From Eledone cirrhosa (taxonomy: Eukaryota): 64,000 nt of DNA. Of this stretch, positions 51,600-63,500 are shown in pieces (position 1 is the stretch's first letter; each line of letters begins with the position of its first letter). The stretch is from positions 34,968,001-35,032,000 of the forward strand of contig OZ024758.1 in assembly GCA_964016885.1 (NCBI GenBank), in the 5' to 3' direction. A model generated the notes under the pieces. That model saw only the letters and a program-made list of their open reading frames with translations. It did no database searches and had not been told where the DNA came from. A program made the translations under genes and the position numbers.

Positions 51600-54500
51600 T
51601 TTAAGTTCATGGTATTAGCTGTCAGAAGTAACTCCACTGTTGGTGAGAATTCATTTAAGTTCATGGTACTAGCTGTCAGAAGTAACTCCACTGTTGGTGA
51701 GAATTCATTTAAGTTCATGGTACTAGCTGTCAGAAGTAACTCAACTGTTGGTGAGAATTCATTTAAGTTCATGGTACTAGCTGTCAGAAGTAACCCCAAT
51801 GTTGGTGAGAATTCATTTAAGTTCATGGTATTAGCTGTCAGAAGTCACTCCACTGTTGGTGAGAATTCATTTAAGTTCATGGTATTAGCTGTCAGAAGTA
51901 ACTCCACTGTTGGTGAGAATTCATTTAATTCATGGTATTAGCTGTCAGAAGTAACTCCACTGTTGGTGAGAATTCATTTAAGTTCATGGTATTAGCTGTC
52001 AGAAGTAACTCCACTGTTGGTGAGAATTCATTTAAGTTCATGGTACTAGCTGTCAGAAGTAACTCCACTGTTGGTGAGAATTCATTTAAGTTCATGGTAT
52101 TAGCTGTCAGAAGTAACTCCACTGTTGGTGAGAATTCATTTAAGTCATGGTACTAGCTGTCAGAAGTAACTCCACTGTTGGTGAGAATTCATATAAGTTC
52201 ATGGTATTAGCTGTCAGAAGGAACTCCACTGTTGGTGAGAATTCATTTAAGTTCATGGTATTAGCTGTCAGAAGTAACTCCAATGTTGGTGAGAATTCAT
52301 TTAAGTTCATGGTATTAGCTGTCAGAAGTAACTCCACTGTTGGTGAGAATCCATTTAAGTTCATGGTACTAGCTGTCAGAAGTAACTCCACTGTTGGTGA
52401 GAATTCATTTAAGTTCATGGTACTAGCTGTCAGAAGTAACCCCAATGTTGGTGAGAATTCATTTAAGTTCATGGTATTAGCTGTCAGAAGTCACTCCACT
52501 GTTGGTGAGAATTCATTTAAGTTCATGGTATTAGCTGTCAGAAGTAACTCCACTGTTGGTGAGAATTCATTTAAGTTCATGGTATTAGCTGTCAGAAGTA
52601 ACTCCACTGTTGGTGAGAATTCATTTAAGTTCATGGTACTAGCTGTCAGAAGTAACTCCACTGTTGGTGAGAATTCATTTAAGTTCATGGTATTAGCTGT
52701 CAGAAGTAACTCCACTGTTGGTGAGAATTCATTTAAGTCATGGTACTAGCTGTCAGAAGTAACTCCACTGTTGGTGAGAATTCATATAAGTTCATGGTAT
52801 TAGCTGTCAGAAGGAACTCCACTGTTGGTGAGAATTCATTTAAGTTCATGGTATTAGCTGTCAGAAGTAACTCCACTGTTGGTGAGAATTCATTTAAGTT
52901 CATGGTACTAGCTGTCAGAAGTAACTCCACTGTTGGTGAGAATTCATTTAAGTTCATGGTATTAGCTGTCAGAAGTAACTCCACTGTTGGTGAGAATTCA
53001 TTTAAGTCATGGTATTAGCTGTCAGAAGTAACTCCATTGTTGGTGAGAATTCATTTAAGTCATGGTACTAGCTGTCAGAAGTAACTCCACTGTTGGTGAG
53101 AATTCATTTAAGTTCATGGTATTAGCTGTCAGAAGGAACTCCACTGTTGGTGAGAATTCATTTAAGTTCATGGTATTAGCTGTCAGAAGTAACTCCACTG
53201 TTGGTGAGAATTCATTTAAGTTCATGGTACTAGCTGTCAGAAGGAATCCACTGTTGGTGAGAATTCATTTAAGTTCATGGTATTAGCTGTCAGAAGTAAC
53301 TCCAATGTTGGTGAGAATTCATTTAAGTCATGGTATTAGCTGTCAGAAGGAACTCCACAGTTGGTGAGAATTCATTTAAGTTCATGGTATTAGCTGTCAG
53401 AAGTCACTCCACTGTTGGTGAGAATTCATTTAAGTTCATGGTACTAGCTGTCAGAAGTAACTCCACTGTTGGTGAGAATTCATTTAAGTTCATGGTATTA
53501 GCTGTCAGAAGTAACTCCACTGTTGGTGAGAATTCATTTAAGTTCATGGTATTAGCTGTCAGAAGTAACTCCACTGTTGGTGAGAATTCATTTAAGTTCA
53601 TGGTATTAGCTGTCAGAAGTAACTCCACTGTTGGTGAGAATTCATTTAAGTTCATGGTACTAGCTGTCAGAAGTAACTCCACTGTTGGTGAGAATTAATT
53701 TAAGTTCATGGTATTAGCTGTCAGAAGTAACTCCACTGTTGGTGAGAATTCATTTAAGTTCATGGTATTAGCTGTCAGAAGTAACTCCACTGTTGGTGAG
53801 AATTCATTTAAGTTCATGGTATTAGCTGTCAGAAGTAACTCCACTGTTGGTGAGAATTCATTTAAGTTCATGGTACTAGCTGTCAGAAGTAACTCCACTG
53901 TTGGTGAGAATTCATTTAAGTTCATGGTATTAGCTGTCAGAAGTAACTCCACTGTTGGTGAGAATTCATTTAAGTTCATGGTATTAGCTGTCAGAAGTAA
54001 CTCCATTGTTGGTGAGAATTCATTTAAGTCATGGTACTAGCTGTCAGAAGTAACTCCACTGTTGGTGAGAATTCATTTAAGTTCATGGTATTAGCTGTCA
54101 GAAGGAACTCCACTGTTGGTGAGAATTCATTTAAGTTCATGGTATTAGCTGTCAGAAGTAACTCCACTGTTGGTGAGAATTCATTTAAGTTCATGGTACT
54201 AGCTGTCAGAAGGAATCCACTGTTGGTGAGAATTCATTTAAGTTCATGGTATTAGCTGTCAGAAGTAACTCCAATGTTGGTGAGAATTCATTTAAGTCAT
54301 GGTACTAGCTGTCAGAAGTAACTCCACTGTTGGTGAGAATTCATATAAGTTCATGGTATTAGCTGTCAGAAGGAACTCCACAGTTGGTGAGAATTCATTT
54401 AAGTTCATGGTATTAGCTGTCAGAAGTCACTCCACTGTTGGTGAGAATTCATTTAAGTTCATGGTACTAGCTGTCAGAAGTAACTCCACTGTTGGTGAGA

Positions 54501-57500
54501 ATTCATTTAAGTTCATGGTATTAGCTGTCAGAAGTAACTCCACTGTTGGTGAGAATTCATTTAAGTTCATGGTACTAGCTGTCAGAAGTAACTCCACTGT
54601 TGGTGAGAATTCATTTAAGTTCATGGTATTAGCTGTCAGAAGTAACTCCACTGTTGGTGAGAATTCATTTAAGTCATGGTACTAGCTGTCAGAAGTAACT
54701 CCACTGTTGGTGAGAATTCATATAAGTTCATGGTATTAGCTGTCAGAAGGAACTCCACTGTTGGTGAGAATTCATTTAAGTTCATGGTATTAGCTGTCAG
54801 AAGTAACTCCAATGTTGGTGAGAATTCATTTAAGTTCATGGTATTAGCTGTCAGAAGTAACTCCACTGTTGGTGAGAATCCATTTAAGTTCATGGTACTA
54901 GCTGTCAGAAGTAACTCCACTGTTGGTGAGAATTCATTTAAGTTCATGGTACTAGCTGTCAGAAGTAACCCCAATGTTGGTGAGAATTCATTTAAGTTCA
55001 TGGTATTAGCTGTCAGAAGTCACTCCACTGTTGGTGAGAATTCATTTAAGTTCATGGTATTAGCTGTCAGAAGTAACTCCACTGTTGGTGAGAATTCATT
55101 TAAGTTCATGGTATTAGCTGTCAGAAGTAACTCCACTGTTGGTGAGAATTCATTTAAGTTCATGGTACTAGCTGTCAGAAGTAACTCCACTGTTGGTGAG
55201 AATTCATTTAAGTTCATGGTATTAGCTGTCAGAAGTAACTCCACTGTTGGTGAGAATTCATTTAAGTCATGGTACTAGCTGTCAGAAGTAACTCCACTGT
55301 TGGTGAGAATTCATATAAGTTCATGGTATTAGCTGTCAGAAGGAACTCCACTGTTGGTGAGAATTCATTTAAGTTCATGGTATTAGCTGTCAGAAGTAAC
55401 TCCACTGTTGGTGAGAATTCATTTAAGTTCATGGTACTAGCTGTCAGAAGTAACTCCACTGTTGGTGAGAATTCATTTAAGTTCATGGTATTAGCTGTCA
55501 GAAGTAACTCCACTGTTGGTGAGAATTCATTTAAGTCATGGTATTAGCTGTCAGAAGTAACTCCATTGTTGGTGAGAATTCATTTAAGTCATGGTACTAG
55601 CTGTCAGAAGTAACTCCACTGTTGGTGAGAATTCATTTAAGTTCATGGTATTAGCTGTCAGAAGGAACTCCACTGTTGGTGAGAATTCATTTAAGTTCAT
55701 GGTATTAGCTGTCAGAAGTAACTCCACTGTTGGTGAGAATTCATTTAAGTTCATGGTACTAGCTGTCAGAAGTAACTCCACTGCTGGTGAGAATTCATTT
55801 AAGTTCATGGTATTAGCTGTCAGAAGTAACTCCACTGTTGGTGAGAATTCATTTAAGTCATGGTATTAGCTGTCAGAAGTAACTCCATTGTTGGTGAGAA
55901 TTCATTTAAGTCATGGTACTAGCTGTCAGAAGTAACTCCACTGTTGGTGAGAATTCATTTAAGTTCATGGTATTAGCTGTCAGAATGAACTCCACTGTTG
56001 GTGAGAATTCATTTAAGTTCATGGTATTAGCTGTCAGAAGTAACTCCACTGTTGGTGAGAATTCATTTAAGTTCATGGTACTAGCTGTCAGAAGGAATCC
56101 ACTGTTGGTGAGAATTCATTTAAGTTCATGGTATTAGCTGTCAGAAGTAACTCCAATGTTGGTGAGAATTCATTTAAGTCATGGTACTAGCTGTCAGAAG
56201 TAACTCCACTGTTGGTGAGAATTCATATAAGTTCATGGTATTAGCTGTCAGAAGGAACTCCACAGTTGGTGAGAATTCATTTAAGTTCATGGTATTAGCT
56301 GTCAGAAGTCACTCCACTGTTGGTGAGAATTCATTTAAGTTCATGGTACTAGCTGTCAGAAGTAACTCCACTGTTGGTGAGAATTCATTTAAGTTCATGG
56401 TATTAGCTGTCAGAAGTAACTCCACTGTTGGTGAGAATTCATTTAAGTTCATGGTATTAGCTGTCAGAAGTAACTCCACTGTTGGTGAGAATTCATTTAA
56501 GTTCATGGTATTAGCTGTCAGAAGTAACTCCACTGTTGGTGAGAATTCATTTAAGTTCATGGTACTAGCTGTCAGAAGTAACTCCACTGTTGGTGAGAAT
56601 TAATTTAAGTTCATGGTATTAGCTGTCAGAAGTAACTCCACTGTTGGTGAGAATTCATTTAAGTTCATGGTATTAGCTGTCAGAAGTAACTCCACTGTTG
56701 GTGAGAATTCATTTAAGTTCATGGTATTAGCTGTCAGAAGTAACTCCACTGTTGGTGAGAATTCATTTAAGTTCATGGTACTAGCTGTCAGAAGTAACTC
56801 CACTGTTGGTGAGAATTCATTTAAGTTCATGGTATTAGCTGTCAGAAGTAACTCCACTGTTGGTGAGAATTCATTTAAGTTCATGGTATTAGCTGTCAGA
56901 AGTAACTCCATTGTTGGTGAGAATTCATTTAAGTCATGGTACTAGCTGTCAGAAGTAACTCCACTGTTGGTGAGAATTCATTTAAGTTCATGGTATTAGC
57001 TGTCAGAAGGAACTCCACTGTTGGTGAGAATTCATTTAAGTTCATGGTATTAGCTGTCAGAAGTAACTCCACTGTTGGTGAGAATTCATTTAAGTTCATG
57101 GTACTAGCTGTCAGAAGGAATCCACTGTTGGTGAGAATTCATTTAAGTTCATGGTATTAGCTGTCAGAAGTAACACCAATGTTGGTGAGAATTCATTTAA
57201 GTCATGGTACTAGCTGTCAGAAGTAACTCCACTGTTGGTGAGAATTCATATAAGTTCATGGTATTAGCTGTCAGAAGGAACTCCACAGTTGGTGAGAATT
57301 CATTTAAGTTCATGGTATTAGCTGTCAGAAGTCACTCCACTGTTGGTGAGAATTCATTTAAGTTCATGGTACTAGCTGTCAGAAGTAACTCCACTGTTGG
57401 TGAGAATTCATTTAAGTTCATGGTATTAGCTGTCAGAAGTAACTCCACTGTTGGTGAGAATTCATTTAAGTTCATGGTATTAGCTGTCAGAAGTAACTCC

Positions 57501-60500
57501 ACTGTTGGTGAGAATTCATTTAAGTTCATGGTATTAGCTGTCAGAAGTAACTCCACTGTTGGTGAGAATTCATTTAAGTTCATGGTACTAGCTGTCAGAA
57601 GTAACTCCACTGTTGGTGAGAATTAATTTAAGTTCATGGTATTAGCTGTCAGAAGTAACTCCACTGTTGGTGAGAATTCATTTAAGTCATGGTATTAGCT
57701 GTCAGAAGTAACTCCATTGTTGGTGAGAATTCATTTAAGTCATGGTACTAGCTGTCAGAAGTAACTCCACTGTTGGTGAGAATTCATTTAAGTTCATGGT
57801 ATTAGCTGTCAGAAGGAACTACACTGTTGGTGAGAATTCATTTAAGTTCATGGTATTAGCTGTCAGAAGTAACTCCACTGTTGGTGAGAATTCATTTAAG
57901 TTCATGGTACTAGCTGTCAGAAGTAACTCCACTGTTGGTGAGAATTCATTTAAGTTCATGGTACTAGCTGTCAGAAGGAATCCACTGTTGGTGAGAATTC
58001 ATTTAAGTTCATGGTATTAGCTGTCAGAAGTAACTCCAATGTTGGTGAGAATTCATTTAAGTCATGGTACTAGCTGTCAGAAGTAACTCCACTGTTGGTG
58101 AGAATTCATATAAGTTCATGGTATTAGCTGTCAGAAGGAACTCCACAGTTGGTGAGAATTCATTTAAGTTCATGGTATTAGCTGTCAGAAGTAACGCCAA
58201 TGTTGGTGAGAATTCATTTAAGTTCATGGTATTAGCTGTCAGAAGTAACTCCACTGTTGGTGAGAATTCATTTAAGTTCATGGTACTAGCTGTCAGAAGT
58301 AACTCCACTGTTGGTGAGAATCCATTTAAGTTCATGGTATTAGCTGTCAGAAGTAACTCCACTGTTCGTGAGAATTCATTTAAGTCATGGTATTAGCTGT
58401 CAGAAGTAACTCCATTGTTGGTGAGAATTCATTTAAGTCATGGTACTAGCTGTCAGAAGTAACTCCACTGTTGGTGAGAATTTATTTAAGTTCATGGTAC
58501 TAGCTGTCAGAAGGAATCCACTGTTGGTGAGAATTCATTTAAGTTCATGGTATTAGCTGTCAGAAGTAACTCCACTGTTGGTGAGAATTCATTTAAGTTC
58601 ATGGTATTAGCTGTCAGAAGTAACTCCACTGTTGGTGAGAATTCATTTAAGTTCATGGTACTAGCTGTCAGAAGTAACTCCACTGTTGGTGAGAATTCAT
58701 TTAAGTTCATGGTACTAGCTGTCAGAAGGAATCCACTGTTGGTGAGAATTCATTTAAGTTCATGGTATTAGCTGTCAGAAGTAACTCCAATGTTGGTGAG
58801 AATTCATTTAAGTCATGGTACTAGCTGTCAGAAGTAACTCCACTGTTGGTGAGAATTCATATAAGTTCATGGTATTAGCTGTCAGAAGGAACTCCACAGT
58901 TGGTGAGAATTCATTTAAGTTCATGGTATTAGCTGTCAGAAGTAACTCCAATGTTGGTGAGAATTCATTTAAGTTCATGGTATTAGCTGTCAGAAGTAAC
59001 TCCACTGTTGGTGAGAATTCATTTAAGTTCATGGTACTAGCTGTCAGAAGTAACTCCACTGTTGGTGAGAATCCATTTAAGTTCATGGTATTAGCTGTCA
59101 GAAGTAACTCCACTGTTCGTGAGAATTCATTTAAGTCATGGTATTAGCTGTCAGAAGTAACTCCATTGTTGGTGAGAATTCATTTAAGTCATGGTACTAG
59201 CTGTCAGAAGTAACTCCACTGTTGGTGAGAATTCATTTAAGTTCATGGTACTAGCTGTCAGAAGGAATCCACTGTTGGTGAGAATTCATTTAAGTTCATG
59301 GTATTAGCTGTCAGAAGTAACTCCACTGTTGGTGAGAATTCATTTAAGTTCATGGTATTAGCTGTCAGAAGTAACTCCACTGTTGGTGAGAATTCATTTA
59401 AGTTCATGGTACTAGCTGTCAGAAGTAACTCCACTGTTGGTGAGAATTAATTTAAGTTCATGGTATTAGCTGTCAGAAGTAACTCCACTGTTGGTGAGAA
59501 TTCATTTAAGTCATGGTATTAGCTGTCAGAAGTAACTCCATTGTTGGTGAGAATTCATTTAAGTCATGGTACTAGCTGTCAGAAGTAACTCCACTGTTGG
59601 TGAGAATTCATTTAAGTTCATGGTATTAGCTGTCAGAAGGAACTCCACTGTTGGTGAGAATTCATTTAAGTTCATGGTACTAGCTGTCAGAAGGAATCCA
59701 CTGTTGGTGAGAATTCATTTATGTTCATGGTATTAGCTGTCAGAAGTAACTCCAATGTTGGTGAGAATTCATTTAAGTCATGGTACTAGCTGTCAGAAGT
59801 AACTCCACTGTTGGTGAGAATTCATATAAGTTCATGGTATTAGCTGTCAGAAGGAACTCCACAGTTGGTGAGAATTCATTTATGTTGATGGTATTAGCTG
59901 TCAGAAGTCACTCCACTGTTGGTGAGAATTCATTTAAGTTCATGGTACTAGCTGTCAGAAGTAACTCCACTGTTGGTGAGAATTCATTTAAGTTCATGGT
60001 ATTAGCTGTCAGAAGTAACTCCACTGTTGGTGAGAATTCATTTAAGTTCATGGTATTAGCTGTCAGAAGTAACTCCACTGTTGGTGAGAATTCATTTAAG
60101 TTCATGGTATTAGCTGTCAGAAGTAACTCCACTGTTGGTGAGAATTCATTTAAGTTCATGGTACTAGCTGTCAGAAGTAACTCCACTGTTGGTGAGAATT
60201 AATTTAAGTTCATGGTATTAGCTGTCAGAAGTAACTCCACTGTTGGTGAGAATTCATTTAAGTCATGGTATTAGCTGTCAGAAGTAACTCCATTGTTGGT
60301 GAGAATTCATTTAAGTCATGGTACTAGCTGTCAGAAGTAACTCCACTGTTGGTGAGAATTCATTTAAGTTCATGGTATTAGCTGTCAGAAGGAACTCCAC
60401 TGTTGGTGAGAATTCATTTAAGTTCATGGTATTAGCTGTCAGAAGTAACTCCACTGTTGGTGAGAATTCATTTAAGTTCATGGTACTAGCTGTCAGAAGT

Positions 60501-63500
60501 AACTCCACTGTTGGTGAGAATTCATTTAAGTTCATGGTACTAGCTGTCAGAAGGAATCCACTGTTGGTGAGAATTCATTTAAGTTCATGGTATTAGCTGT
60601 CAGAAGTAACTCCAATGTTGGTGAGAATTCATTTAAGTCATGGTACTAGCTGTCAGAAGTAACTCCACTGTTGGTGAGAATTCATATAAGTTCATGGTAT
60701 TAGCTGTCAGAAGGAACTCCACAGTTGGTGAGAATTCATTTAAGTTCATGGTATTAGCTGTCAGAAGTAACTCCAATGTTGGTGAGAATTCATTTAAGTT
60801 CATGGTATTAGCTGTCAGAAGTAACTCCACTGTTGGTGAGAATTCATTTAAGTTCATGGTATTAGCTGTCAGAAGTAACTCCACTGTTGGTGATAATTCA
60901 TTTAAGTTCATGGTACTAGCTGTCAGAAGTAACTCCACTGTTGGTGAGAATTCATTTAAGTTCATGGTATTAGCTGTCAGAAGTAACTCCAATGTTGGTG
61001 AGAATTCATTTAAGTTCATGGTATTAGCTGTCAGAAGTAACTCCACTGTTGGTGAGAATTCATTTAAGTTCATGGTATTAGCTGTCAGAAGGAACTCCAC
61101 TGTTGGTGAGAATTCATTTAAGTTCATGGTATTAGCTGTCAGAAGTAACTCCACTGTTGGTGAGAATTCATTTAAGTTCATGGTACTAGCTGTCAGAAGT
61201 AACTCCACTGTTGGTGAGAATCCATTTAAGTTCATGGTATTAGCTGTCAGAAGTAACTCCACTGTTCGTGAGAATTCATTTAAGTCATGGTATTAGCTGT
61301 CAGAAGTAACTCCATTGTTGGTGAGAATTCATTTAAGTCATGGTACTAGCTGTCAGAAGTAACTCCACTGTTGGTGAGAATTCATTTAAGTTCATGGTAT
61401 TAGCTGTCAGAAGGAACTCCACTGTTGGTGAGAATTCATTTAAGTTCATGGTATTAGCTGTCAGAAGTAACTCCACTGTTGGTGAGAATTCATTTAAGTT
61501 CATGGTACTAGCTGTCAGAAGTAACTCCACTGTTGGTGAGAATTCATTTAAGTTCATGGTACTAGCTGTCAGAAGGAATCCACTGTTGGTGAGAATTCAT
61601 TTAAGTTCATGGTATTAGCTGTCAGAAGTAACTCCAATGTTGGTGAGAATTCATTTAAGTCATGGTACTAGCAGTCAGAAGTAACTCCACTGTTGGTGAG
61701 AATTCATATAAGTTCATGGTATTAGCTGTCAGAAGGAACTCCACAGTTGGTGAGAATTCATTTAAGTTCATGGTATTAGCTGTCAGAAGTCACTCCACTG
61801 TTGGTGAGAATTCATTTAAGTTCATGGTACTAGCTGTCAGAAGTAACTCCACTGTTGGTGAGAATTCATTTAAGTTCATGGTATTAGCTGTCAGAAGTAA
61901 CTCCACTGTTGGTGAGAATTCATTTAAGTTCATGGTATTAGCTGTCAGAAGTAACTCCACTGTTGGTGAGAATTCATTTAAGTTCATGGTATTAGCTGTC
62001 AGAAGTAACTCCACTGTTGGTGAGAATTCATTTAAGTTCATGGTACTAGCTGTCAGAAGTAACTCCACTGTTGGTGAGAATTAATTTAAGTTCATGGTAT
62101 TAGCTGTCAGAAGTAACTCCACTGTTGGTGAGAATTCATTTAAGTCATGGTATTAGCTGTCAGAAGTAACTCCATTGTTGGTGAGAATTCATTTAAGTCA
62201 TGGTACTAGCTGTCAGAAGTAACTCCACTGTTGGTGAGAATTCATTTAAGTTCATGGTATTAGCTGTCAGAAGGAACTCCACTGTTGGTGAGAATTCATT
62301 TAAGTTCATGGTACTAGCTGTCAGAAGGAATCCACTGTTGGTGAGAATTCATTTATGTTCATGGTATTAGCTGTCAGAAGTAACTCCAATGTTGGTGAGA
62401 ATTCATTTAAGTCATGGTACTAGCTGTCAGAAGTAACTCCACTGTTGGTGAGAATTCATATAAGTTCATGGTATTAGCTGTCAGAAGGAACTCCACAGTT
62501 GGTGAGAATTCATTTAAGTTCATGGTATTAGCTGTCAGAAGTAACTCCAATGTTGGTGAGAATTCATTTAAGTTCATGGTATTAGCTGTCAGAAGTAACT
62601 CCACTGTTGGTGAGAATTCATTTAAGTTCATGGTATTAGCTGTCAGAAGTAACTCCACTGTTGGTGAGAATTCATTTAAGTTCATGGTACTAGCTGTCAG
62701 AAGTAACTCCACTGTTGGTGAGAATTCATTTAAGTTCATGGTACTAGCTGTCAGAAGTAACCCCAATGTTGGTGAGAATTCATTTAAGTTCATAGTATTA
62801 GCTGTCAGAAGTCACTCCACTGTTGGTGAGAATTCATTTAAGTTCATGGTACTAGCTGTCAGAAGTAACTCCACTGTTGGTGAGAATTCATTTAAGTTCA
62901 TGGTACTAGCTGTCAGAAGTAACTCAACTGTTGGTGAGAATTCATTTAAGTTCACGGTACTAGCTGTCAGAAGTAACCCCAATGTTGGTGAGAATTCATT
63001 TAAGTTCATGGTATTAGCTGTCAGAAGTAACTCCACTGTTGGTGAGAATTCATTTAAGTTCATGGTATTAGCTGTCAGAAGTAACTCCACTGTTGGTGAG
63101 AATTCATTTAAGTTCATGGTACTAGCTGTCAGAAGTAACTCCACTGTTGGTGAGAATTCATTTAAGTTCATGGTACTAGCTGTCAGAAGTAACTCCATTG
63201 TTGGTGAGAATTCATTTAAGTCATGGTACTAGCTGTCAGAAGTAACTCCACTGTTGGTGAGAATTCATTTAAGTTCATGGTATTAGCTGTCAGAAGGAAC
63301 TCCACTGTTGGTGAGAATTCATTTAAGTTCATGGTATTAGCTGTCAGAAGTAACTCCACTGTTGGTGAGAATTCATTTAAGTTCATGGTACTAGCTGTCA
63401 GAAGGAATCCACTGTTGGTGAGAATTCATTTAAGTTCATGGTATTAGCTGTCAGAAGTAACTCCAATGTTGGTGAGAATTCATTTAAGTCATGGTACTAG

